Positions 39,266 to 50,573 of a stretch of 64,000 nucleotides of DNA are shown here, one piece after another. Position 1 is the stretch's first letter; every line of letters starts with the position of its first letter. The DNA comes from Hemiscyllium ocellatum. Taxonomy: Eukaryota. The translations under genes were made by a program, and so were the position numbers. Below the pieces are notes generated by a model, which ran no database searches, was not told the origin of the DNA, and saw only the letters and a program-made list of their open reading frames with translations. The stretch is from assembly GCF_020745735.1 (NCBI RefSeq), contig NC_083446.1, forward strand, positions 3,286,001 to 3,350,000. The letters are read 5' to 3'.

Positions 39266-39660
39266 TACATTATGTAGCCTCCAGGGAAATGTCCATTCAA
39301 ATCTGGTAGGGAGCTGCCAGTATTTACTCTGAAAGTAATACATTCCATTTTACACAAAATTACGTGCAAAACTTTCCAATGAAAAATGATTTCTCTATCA
39401 ACCTGTGTTAATGATGGCATGACTGTTGATTGTGTACATTGGTTTCAGCTCCTCCTTAGGTTGACTGCATTTTACTGAGATGGGTGATACAGGAGCCATT
39501 AATGAATGTACTACAGTACCCATTGCAAGGCTGTTGGTTGTAACATTTACTTACACAATAGAATAGGTAGATGTTTGCCACATGGTTTTCATTCAGGGAG
39601 TGGAGCATAGTTCGACTTCCAAAGAATTTTTAAAATTCAATGTCAAAACGATTCAACAGT

Positions 39661-40532
39661 AAAATGAAACACCATGATGCTGAAAATCTGAAATAAGAAT
39701 AGAAAATGTTGGAAAAATGCAGGTCAAGCATCACCTGTGGGGAAAAACAGTGTCAATGGGCAGAATTTTGTTGAAATAATGGGGGCTTTGCTGGCTGGCT
39801 AGAGAAGCATATGCTGGGAAGGCCTGCTGAATCTAATGCCAGTCAGGAATAGGCAAGACATCAGTGGGCCTTCACCTGGAATTAAAATGCCAGCTGCAGA
39901 AATCCTGCCCAGAGAGAGCTACCAGCCAAGCAGAAGCTTGCAGTGTCATGGAGGAGAGCATAACTGCTACTGGAAACTCAAGCAGTATCGCAGACAACCG
40001 TAGAATGAGGTAAGTGATTGGTGCATGGAGTGGGATCTCTGGAGTTGTGAGCTGTGGGGAGATGGTGGTAGGGGACCTAGGTTCAAGATCAGTGGGGTGG
40101 CTCTCATTGGATATACCTCTGCTCTAATGTTCCGTTCCTCAATCAGGCATTTAGTGCTTTGATTGAATTTTGTTCCCAGCTGACAAGCTGCCTGTACAGG
40201 CTGACCTGTTATTTACACCACATGGTCACATAGCTTGTAGTTGGGATACTCCGAATGGTGTCAGGCTAGGTCCATAATTGGCTTTCTCAACCTGAACTTA
40301 ATTCCCCAGAAGAGCGGAAGGCTGTGAAGGTTTGGTATGCTGTTACCCTGCCTAAGTGCTTTCCCACCTCCAAACCTGCCATTTCAAGGAGCACAAGTGG
40401 CTAATGTTCAGGTTGATGATCTTCCATTAGAACTGTTACATTTAGTACTTAATTTTTAAAAAAAGTAATCTTATTTCAACCAGTTTTTCTTTCTCTCTTA
40501 AGGATGCTAGCCTATGCTGACTTTCCAGTAAC
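39661..40532. mobile_element. Old PLE family D element split by a 39758-40402 insertion with AAT duplication
   Basis: The arm GATGCTGAAAATCTGAAATAAG..GTCAAT resumes as AATGTTCAGGTTGATGATCTTCCATTAGAACTG. The insert starts GGGCAGAATTTT, and a 3-bp TSD fits PIF/Harbinger. Confidence 0.5.
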
Positions 40533-43424
40533 TTGCTCAAAATGCTTTGTCCCTAAATATTTGCTACTTTTTAAAAAATTAAAAGTATTATTTTTCATGA
40601 CTGGCTACAAATCTTCTTTATGGGAAGGACTGAATTCCATCCAAGTTACTCTTCCAGTTCCTGTCCTATGTTATGTGTAACTAAATTAACCAAATCTATG
40701 GCCAATATCTCACAGCAATTACCTCACCTGGATTCAGCTGTGATTGCTGTTCATCATTCTGAGGCTAAGACATGAAGATGCTTCTTGCCAATATTAATTG
40801 GAAATGGAGTTTGGATGAGATGAGAGGTTAAAGATGGAGGAAATTGGAGCTTGGCCCTGCTAATTAAGAGATTTTAACAATTACCTGATAACTGTCAAGT
40901 CATGAAGATTAACTTGGGCAAGTTGTGCTAATTGGTTATGCTAAGGTAGTCTGCTCAGGGGAAACCTGTTAACAATAGGATTTCACATCTATTGAGCTGG
41001 GTGAGTGCAGAGTACATATGTTCTCAGTGTTGGCTGGAATTCCTGTTAGCAAGTACAACTGAACAGCCTTACTGTTCATTGTCAACAAATGCTACTGGTT
41101 TAAAAAAAAGTACTATTAGTACTGAAGGAAGCAATTCAGGTCTCAGTGGAGTATAAACTGATTCACAGATCGTAACAATAGTTTCCCAGCATAAAATCTG
41201 CCAAATCACCTCAAAACTACCTTGGTGGCCAGCAAATGCTAAGCAAGTCTACTTCAGTTAAAGTAGCTTTTGGGCTAGCATGTTTCAGTGCAGTTACTAA
41301 TTTGATGATGTGTGTTGCCTTTGCAGATAGTAGCATCATTTAATCTCGCCCGTTGATTTGCTAGTAGTGTAGGTGCTGAATAATAAAGTAAGCCTGTGGT
41401 GAATGAGTCTGACCTTCATCTTGCAATTGCAATTATGTTCACGCTAATTTGGTTTTAGTAGATTGCAAAGCATGGGGTATACAATTAATTTCAACTGTTT
41501 TTGGAGAGATACTTAAAATATATTCTCCTTGTCTCCTTTGAAGATTGTCGCTAAACAATTCTCTGTTGTTAGTCATGAAAAAACAGAAAACTGCCAATGG
41601 TCTAAATATAAAATTAGTGCTTTTTTTCCATTCTGCCAAATACTATAGTATATTATAAGCAACCATATGAATGAATGATCAACTAAATCACTCATTGCTG
41701 CTAACAGGATTGTGGTATGTGTATAATGGCTGCTATATTTGTGAAGTGCCTTGAAATGTTTCTGAGTTATGAAAAGGCATTACATGAACCATGTCTTTCT
41801 CCTTTCATTCCCACTTGCAATATCAAACAGCTAGACCTTGAGACAAATTCAGCATGCACAAAATTAGCCTATCCAGTTGTTTTGATGCTTTTTCCTGCTT
41901 CAACACTACCATAGTTATTGTTGCTTGGAAATTAAAGAAATCAGATAAAACGCATTAATACATTTTCCTTTTTAAGCATTGGTAAAACAAGTAGAGACAG
42001 AATCTTAGCTAATCTTCTAATGCAGCTACCTGGAAAAGCATGTCATGACAAAAAATTAAAGTTATCTGTAGTTCAGCTATTTATTATCTTAAGCTACAGA
42101 GTGAAGCTTCAGCTATTCCAAGTTTTGAACAGTAAGCCAAGTTTCCCCCTTAGGGCTTTGTAAAGTGATTTCTAGTGCCATGTTCAATGAAGCTTTCACA
42201 CTGAACATGCAGTCAGGTTTTGTCCAAAGTTCTGTCGTGGTGTGCTTTAAATAGACAATAATGGATAGCTGAGAATGATTACATGGCACTAATCTGATTG
42301 AAATGATCACCTGAACACCAGATGAGATTATAGCTTTGAAATCGCTCCAGGGCATCTTAAAAATAAACGTGTATCTTCATGAAATAGATGAAATAGTCTA
42401 GATTTTGCAATGTAATGATGGTGGAAGTGTCAGTGGTCGTCATCATTAGTCTTTTAGAACTGATAGCAACTTGAGGAGTCTGTATATGTGCAGTTAGCCA
42501 CAATATTCAGAGGTTGCTGACAGAGATTCTGTGATTCACTATAAACTGAGCTGTAGAAGGTATCCCTCCACCACAAACCACAATCAATTAGAAATCACTG
42601 AACTGATGAGAACTTGCCCTTTTCTGCTATTTCTCCCTATCTAAAAACCCTAGAAGAAGTTGCACATTGTTTGAGAAAATGTAATTGGAATTTTAACACT
42701 GTACATAAAGAAAATTCTATAGATGAAGAAATAAAAATTAAAATTAAGCTGGAAATACACAGCAGGGCAACAGAATTTGTGGAGGGAGAAACAGCAGTTA
42801 ACATTACTGGTTGAAGAAGATCAATTTTAGGCTGAATCTTTTCCGCCCTGCTAAGGGCTGCATGGAAGCAGGTGGTAGGGAATGTCATGTGTCTGGCCAG
42901 CATGTTGGTTTCCTGGCTGCACTGTCCTGGTGTGTTCCTCCTGAGGCAGGATTGGGCAACAGGGTGTTTGAATGGTGGTTCACCAATTAAGGTTCTTTAA
43001 AAGCATTTTAAAATTGACAGAGAGGAATTGGTGGTCTCTGGAGGTGTTGCGAAATAGCATATGGTTTGGAGAAGGCCTGTCAGCAGCAAGATCAAGAGGC
43101 TGGCACTCCAGGCAAATTTTGAGGGCCACGTTGCTGACCTGAATTCTCTGCAGAGAAGTGACTGGTGGCTCGGCTGCTATGGGTATTTTTAAAACTTTAA
43201 CTTTAAAGTTGGAGAGAGGGTGCTTCTCAGTGATCACAATATGATTGAATTTTGCATAAGGGTTGAATATGACATACTTAATCTTAAACTAAGATTTTCA
43301 TTTTCTATGAGGGAAATGGTGAGAATATGAAAGGCAAGTTAGCTATAGTGGATTGGTAAAGTATGCTGTAGGGTTTGAAGGTACATTTGATGGTAATGAC
43401 TAGCATTTAAAGGAATATTACAAT

Positions 43425-44424
43425 GTGTGATGTAAAGTGTATGAATTAAATGTGCTGTAATATTTTGTAGTTTTGAATTTTGAAATGGTGGCACATGAGC
43501 TTTCTGCCAAGGGTTTGATGATTAACTTGTAAATATTTCTGGAGTCATGGTGATTTCTTTTCAAACATGGTATTAGAGAGGATTCCCTGAAAGGTAATGG
43601 GGATTTGTTTACATTGGAAGCGTGTACAAGCGAATAACGTAAACAGTATGCATTAGGGTTTCAGATAGAAGATTCTGGAATCATTTAGGGTGCTTATGGT
43701 AAATGTCTGTAGCTTGGGACAGAATAGCTTTTGTTTCAATTGGTTCAGGTTTGTAAAAATCTTGGCTGAAGCTAGATGTGTGAAAACAGTAGCTGCCAAG
43801 AAAAGGAATGGTTTAGGACTGCTAAAAGAGGTTACCTCAGTGTAAGGGGTTATTTGAAGCTGACAAAGTCTAAGCTCAGTTGTAGAAAGACTCCTGGAGG
43901 AGGCTATCAGGTTCTCTAGTTGAAGCATTGAAACCACAGTCGAATTATGCCAACTTGATGTTAAATAAAAGGGAGTTCTCTCTGGCGTGAGTAATGTGAA
44001 AGAGTGTTTTTGAGATTGATAGGATTGTTTTTTACCTTTTAGATTAGATTAGATTAGATTAGATTACTTAGTGAGGAAACAGGGCCTTCGGCCCAACAAG
44101 TCCACACCGACCCACCGAAGCGCAACCCACCCATAGCCCTACACTTACCCCTTCACCTAACACTACAGGCAATTTAGCTTGTTTTTTAAAGTTTTAAATT
44201 TAGGCTATCTGTCCATAGTTTGGCTAATTCTTTTTTATTTTAATTTCATTTATGTAAGAGAACTTCTGTTAAATTGTTAAACCCAGATCTGCAGCATTGT
44301 ATGCTTATGTTTGTGTGGAAAAACCACTTTGTTAAACTAAGAAAGACAAAATATGATCTATCATGCCAGGATTTCAGTCTGGGATCTTAATAGTCCAGTA
44401 GTAACATCAGCTGGAATCATAACA
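43425..44424 (+). mobile_element. Probable solo LTR inserted in CR1
   Basis: About 1 kb of non-CR1 sequence starting TGTGTGATG and ending CATAACA, with CR1 resuming afterwards. No clear TSD. Confidence 0.4.
44040..44180 (-). mobile_element. HE1 SINE 3' fragment
   Basis: (AGATT)5 tail, then GAAACAGGGCCTTCGGCCCAACAAGTCCACACCGACC. Confidence 0.9.
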
Positions 44425-44685
44425 AGAATGTACACTCAAGTACATTCCTGTAAGGTGCAAACAGCCAAAGGATGAATCCACCATGGTTAACGAAATGTGT
44501 CAGAAATTGTATTAAATCAAAGGAAGTAGTTTACGAGAACGCAAGAAAAAGTGTAAGCCCATGGGTTGGGAACAATTTAGGACCCAGCAAAGAAAGATGC
44601 AGTAACTGCTAAGGAAAGAAAAAAGAGAATATGAAGCCAAGTCATTGAGGAGCATAAAGGAGAACTGATATTGCATTGTATTAAT

Positions 44686-44897
44686 TCACTATAGTCTTAC
44701 CAGACCATAGGGCTGCTCTCTCATTAGAGAGAGGCAACTGGTGGTGATTTCACCTGAGGGCCACCAAACCTCAAGCAAAGGAGGAGGTTGAGAATGAGAA
44801 CCCTTCAGGGTAACCTCAAACTGGTGAGAGGAATTGAACCCCCACTGTTGGCACCACACTGCTCTGTGAACCAACAATCCAGCCAACTGAGCTAAAC
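44686..44897 (-). mobile_element. tRNA-derived SINE (same family as 1371-1585)
   Basis: Minus-strand A box at 44883-44894 and B box at 44830-44840; body matches 1371-1585. Confidence 0.75.
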
Positions 44898-45171
44898 TCT
44901 ATGTATTGATATATGAAAGGAAAAACATATGCAAAGATAAATGTGAAACTACTACATGTAGGAACAGGAGAGCGTACAGTGAGAACAAGGAACTGTCAGG
45001 GAAACAGGACAGTTACTTTTCAGAGTTAGAATAAATGGGGATCCCTGTTACTAGAGGGATGCCACAAGGATCAGTGCAGAATTGTTCACAATCTGCAAAA
45101 TGATTTGGCTATGGGGACCAATTCTAATGTTTCTAAATTTGCTGATGACATTAAATTGGTGGGAATGTAAG

Positions 45172-45369
45172 TTAGAGTCAGAGTCATACAGTATGGAAAC
45201 AGATTCTTTGGTCGAATTTGACCGTGCTGACCAAGTTTCCCAATCTAAACTAGTTCCACTTGCCTGTGTTTGGCTATATCCCTTCTATCCCTCTCAATCT
45301 TTCCTATTCATGTACCTGTCCAAATGTCTTTTGAATATTGTAACTGTACCTGGATCCACCACTTCCCCT
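45172..45369 (-). mobile_element. CR1 (HER1-type) 3' end
   Basis: AGAGTCAGAGTCATACAGTATGGAAACAG tail, inserted into the older CR1 between GGGAATGTAAG and CTGT. Confidence 0.85.
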
Positions 45370-48300
45370 GTACGAGAAGGATTTAAAGAGACTTCAAGAC
45401 AATGTGGGTGGGTTCAGTGAATGGTCTAGAACATGACAGGTGGCATATATTGTGAATAGTGTGACATTAACAACATGCTGCATTTTTTAATGGGATAACA
45501 AGGTTGATGCAGGTTATGCAGTTGTTATCTAGTATATGAATGTCCAAAATACATTTAATAAAGTTTCACACAAAAGATTTCTGAGCAAAGTTAGAACTCA
45601 TTGAATAAAAGCAACATTAGCAGCATGGATGCAAAACCAGCTGAGTGACGGAAAACAGAACAATGGATAATGGATGTGTTTCAGACAGAAGGAAGGTTAT
45701 AGTGTAGTTCTCCAGGATCAGTCTTAGAACCCTACCTTTTTCTAAATACCTAAACTTTTGTTGTACAGAGCACAATTTTAAAATGACAGAGGGAATTGGA
45801 GGCATTGTGAGAAGAGTCATGTAGAATTTCCAAATGACATAGATAGATTGGGGGAAATGGATGGACAATTGGCAGATTAAGTGACTTAGTAAAAAGGATG
45901 CAGATGGACAATGTAATGCAACAATACAGTTTTAAAACAGGATATATAAACAGAGGCATCTGGATGTTTATGTGCTTAAAACTTTCATGGTAGCAGAATA
46001 GGTTGAGAGAATGGTTACTAATGCATATGATATAATAGGATTTATTAATAGGGACAATAACTAAAATAGCAAGAAAGTTATGTTAAGGTTTTATAACACA
46101 CTGACACAGCATCAATGCTAGTATTGTGTCTGAATGCCACACTTTTGGAATGATGTGGAGGCAATCGTGAGGATGCAGAAAAGATTCTTGAGAACATTTC
46201 TGGGGATGAGGAACTTCAGTTATGTAGAGAGTTCAGAATTTGGGACTATTTTCCTTGGAGAAGCAAAATTGAGAGGAGATCTGATGGTGGTACTCAAAAG
46301 CAGGATAAGTCTGGACAGAGCTGATGTGGAGAAACTGTTGCTGTTGTGGATTAATTGAAAACCAGAGGACTCAGATTTAAGATTATTGGGAGTAAAAGCT
46401 ATGGCAGTATGAGAAAAAGCTTTAATAGAATCTGGAATACACTATATCTGAGAGTTTGATGGAGACAAATTCAGTTAAAAGGAATTGGATCATATACAGG
46501 GTGAAGACAGGGATATAGGACTAGTTAAACTATTCCTTCTGAGAACCAGATGGGCAGAATGACTTCCTTCTATGCTGTAATCATTTTATGATTCTGTTAC
46601 ATTTCATTGCCTCGATGCTCCCAGCCACATAATATCTGTGTTAGTTGCTCAGCACTCAAAAAAAATCATAAAACTCAACTGGTTTGAATGTTTTAAAGTA
46701 TGAAAATAAAGTTGAAATATTTGGAATGAATAAACTCTTTGCTACATCCTCTTCTATAATGATGGTGTGTAATAGCAAACATGTGATACCTTATTTATGA
46801 TTTGCAGATGAGAATCGCTTTGAATTTGACTTTTAGCAATAATCTACACTTGTGAAGTGTAAATGAATTATTACAGGTGTTCAGAGTATAGGTCATTGTA
46901 GCTATAGTATTTATAGATTGTCATTGATATTCAAGTAAACTATACACTCATCTCCCATTCCTGCATTTTGATTTCTTCCATTCTGAAGATATTGACATGC
47001 TTGGAAGTGAATAGCACAGGTGCAGATATCCTTCAGTGCTTTTCCCAAACGACCATTCTTCTGGTATGAGCCTGGAGAGGCAGCTGGCAATTCTTTGTGA
47101 GGAGCATTACAGCTGAGACTGATCCTGTTCCATATCAGTGCTTTTCAGCAGGAATCACTGCATGTTGATGAAGGTTGGGAATCATTACTGTTTTTTCCTC
47201 CCCTCTCCAGTCTTGAGGTACTGAGGTGTTTTGATGAAATAACCAACAGTGGAGACTCAGGGTCACCAAAGGGAACGTACTAATCTGTATTTCTCAGTTT
47301 AGTTATGGATAAATGCATTGCACTGTTAAAGATGATATTAATTCATTTTAGATCAATTATATATCTAAAGAACTTTGTATGGTTTATTATGGTTTTTTTT
47401 AACCTTTTGAGATCTTGTGTCTAATTGTATTTATTCTGTAGCTAATTTAACCTTCTGAGGACTGTGGTGGTGTTCCAACCCTGACTTGCCGCATCAGGAT
47501 GCACACGTTTGTGCAAAGTCACACTGTCGTTTGTTTCATTCCTACTGTACTGAATGTGTAATCAATCTGTTAATAATATCCCATTCCCGTCTTCCTAACT
47601 CAATGCATCATGCACCTGTAGATTCTTAACCATATCTACATGACTTCCCCTCTGAACTGACAGCTTCTTGCCTTCCTAGAATGAGTCAGACTTGTCAACA
47701 GCCCTGACCTGCTCGGCACCTTGCTCCTGCTCATAAACTCTATTGTTCCAATACTGGATGCTGTCATCCCTACCTCCTTTCTAGATGGTTTCCCTTGCTA
47801 CTTTCCCATGAGGAAAATAAGTCACAAATGTCTTCTCAAGTTTACAGATTTAACACTAGATTTCACCCACCTGACTGTTCACTGCCAATCCTTTTTGATC
47901 ACCTCAAACAGAATAGCTAATCTTACTTAAATAGTAAATCTGTCTTTTCAATGTTGAATGATCCTGGAAGGCGAGGACAGTCTCAAAATCATCTTCTTCT
48001 CCATTAACTACCTTCTCTGGGAAATATTCAGCCATGCATCGCAAATCCAAATCCACATCCTTTGACTCTGGATCATCACTTGTCTCTCAACTCCATTCCA
48101 CTTCATCCAACTCTGTCATTGGAGTCTAATTCACAAGACATTATACACTTATCTTCTGGAGATCCACGCTTAAATAACCACTCCTTGACTTCCTATGCTA
48201 TCTCGTGTGTCTCCTGCCTCCTAAACTTTAACATTGCTGCTCAACATCTTCCACTGTTCTGTAAAATACACAGTGAAATTTCTTGAGTAACTGTATAAAA

Positions 48301-48574
48301 ATGTGGATTGTTGATGATGTTGTGATCATCACTTATGAGGATATAGTGAAAAGTGCCCAAGTCTCATATTAAGTTGCAATCAAACTTTCCAGCTTTGAAA
48401 TTTTAGATGGTGCTTCTTTTGATCTACGTGCACTACTCAGTGAGTACTTGCCTAGACTTGGGAAGAAAGGTTCTGTTCAGTTTTCCATTCCTGATCATTA
48501 TGCAGTGAGCACTGATTATAAGTAGGGGCTTGTGGATATTACGTAAGAACAAAGTGGATTTGACTTTAATTCCT

Positions 48575-48793
48575 GGTTTGTGTGAAGATTTGTAGCTCGG
48601 GTGCTCATTGTTGTGGTTCTGTTCGCCGAGCTGGAAGTTTTTGTTGCAAACGTTTCGTCCCCTGGCTAGGCGACATCATCAGTGCTCTGGAGCCTCCTGC
48701 GAAGGAGGCTCCAAAGCACTGATGATGTCGCCTAGCCAGGGGACGGAACGTTTGCAACAAAAACTTCCAGCTCGGCGAACAGAACCACAACAA
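48575..48793. mobile_element. PLE-like family B palindromic insertion with 12-bp TSD
   Basis: ACTTTAATTCCT at 48563-48574 and 48793-48804. 91-bp arms (48608-48698 / 48703-48793) with 2 mismatches and a GCGA loop. Confidence 0.85.
48646..48685 (-). ncRNA. Minimal hammerhead ribozyme motif (intact core)
   Basis: Minus strand GCA-CTGATGA-T-GTCGCCT-AGCC-AGGGGAC-GAAAC-GTT-TGC. The mirror copy at 48716-48755(+) has GGAA instead of GAAA. Confidence 0.75.
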
Positions 48794-49445
48794 CTTTAAT
48801 TCCTTGCTGCAATATCAATGATTTATTGATACTCACTGTTTCTCCTTGGTTTGTTCGTTTATTCTTTGTTTTCTTGTCTTCTGGCCTCTGGCGAAGAGCT
48901 GGACACAGTTCTACCCTAGCCCTGGGTCTCCCGGCAAGTGTGGAACACATCCCAAGCTGACACCCCCAGCCTGGACTCACAGGCTAGGCTGAAGCTCCAG
49001 CTCCACAGCTAGGCCTGAGTGCATGAAGGAGGAGAAGGGCAGCCGACCTGATGTGGTGGTCTCATCCCCCTGAGGAGGTCCTGCTCCATGTGGAGGTCTC
49101 CTTCATCTTTGGTATCCAAGTGTTCCAGCGGTCTCATGCAGGAGAGGCGATCTTGACCCTACATGGCGGTCTTCTTTGGCAGAGGCTTTTGGCCTAGTAT
49201 CTACCGGCCCTGTGTGGCGGTCTAGCCCTGGCTGCATCTTCATGGTACTCCATCGTTTCCCCAAGCCCAGGGGCCGTCAACTGAACTGTGATGAGCTCTG
49301 TCTCAGTTTGACTTTTTTTAATGCTGTATGATTTCTGTCATTGATGTAGGCGCTGCGATGTGCTGACTTAGAAATCTTTTCATGTAAAAGTACACGTGAC
49401 AATAAATTTCTATTCTGTAAATTTCTAAGCTACTCTGAATTGGAG

Positions 49446-49592
49446 AAAATAATCTAGAATGGACAGTGCTGGTGGGATGGTGTCAGGGTGGATAAAGTAA
49501 TCTTGAATAGAAAGTACTGATGGGGTATTGTTCCAGGTTGGACAAAGTAATCTAGGATGGCTAGTGCTAGTGGAGTGTTGTTCCAGGTTGTG
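49446..49592. repeat. Diverged tandem repeat, about 50 bp x 3
   Basis: Units begin AAA(A/G)TAATCT(A/T)G and end (TTC)CAGG(G/T)TG. Confidence 0.7.
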
Positions 49593-50573
49593 TCAATGCT
49601 TTGGGAAGAGACAGAGAATGAAAATTGGAATAATAGTTGTTTCAAAAGAATGGCAAAACCTTTGATGAAGTGTATCAAACCTCAGAATAACTTGTGGCTG
49701 CAGTTCTCTCTCCTCTCCTGTTCATGCCACCTTGTTTTAATTTAAGAGCTGACCAATGCTTAAATCATTTGCTGAATTTTGCAGTCATTCCTGTACAGTT
49801 AACGCAGTAGTAACCTGAGACAGCAGCTCCTTGACACAACAGTGTATTACATGAAATCCCTCACGCACGTACTCAGATGAAGGGGCCTTGAACTCTAATG
49901 GAAATCGTTGTTGCACAAAAACGAAGTTTAGTGTTTAAAGTGTGCTTCAAAATATTCCATAAAGTCCAAGGATTTTATGTGAATTTGACATTTCATGGCC
50001 ACAAACTTGCTAAGAGTACTCTGCATTGTAGATACAGTGAAAAACACAGGAATTGTTCTTTATCCAGCCATGTTTAAATGCTTGAATATTTTGGGGTTTG
50101 TTCTGAGTGAACTTTTTAACTAGAATAATTATTTATTATTTGAATATAGGTTTTTATTAAATATATATTTGCTTGTTACTGGCCTTTTGTGCATTGCCTG
50201 CTTCATCTGCTGATAATACAGAGTTTAAAACCCATGGAAAATAACTGAGCTCATTGTCTTGAGCAAACTAACCAGCCTTTATCAAGTCAATGCTTCCAGA
50301 ATGGAAAGCTATATGAATATTTGTTTTTTGAAGTAGGTTAAGAATCAGAGTAGGGAGCTATACAATTAGCAGGACTGCAGCTTCCATACACAGCTCTTTT
50401 TTATGACAGCTGACTGAAACTGCTATTACACTCAGACTCATTTAGTTTGGATTGCAGGAGACTGATATCCATGTACTGGTTCCCTGCCTTCACTTTAGTA
50501 AATCTATCTCCTTTATCCCAGGGGCAGAACTGTAGATCCATGAAACTGTAGATCTTAAGAGCAGTCTCCCAGA

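Larger units (their letters stand above)
43228..46595 (+). mobile_element. Old CR1 LINE pieces hosting several later insertions
   Basis: SDHNMIEF endonuclease motif at 43228, PPWLT, SKFADD near 45132 and EAIVRMQKRF..LRGDL at 46134-46358. Probably two CR1 copies. Confidence 0.7.

Noticed and set aside
41302-41380. C/D box snoRNA-like TGATGA...CTGA
   Set aside because: No convincing terminal stem or recognisable rRNA antisense element; these motifs are expected by chance.
48605-48799. Two nearly identical ORFs on opposite strands (MLWFCSPSWKF...)
   Set aside because: They are a by-product of the 91-bp palindrome, use non-ATG starts and show no coding signal.
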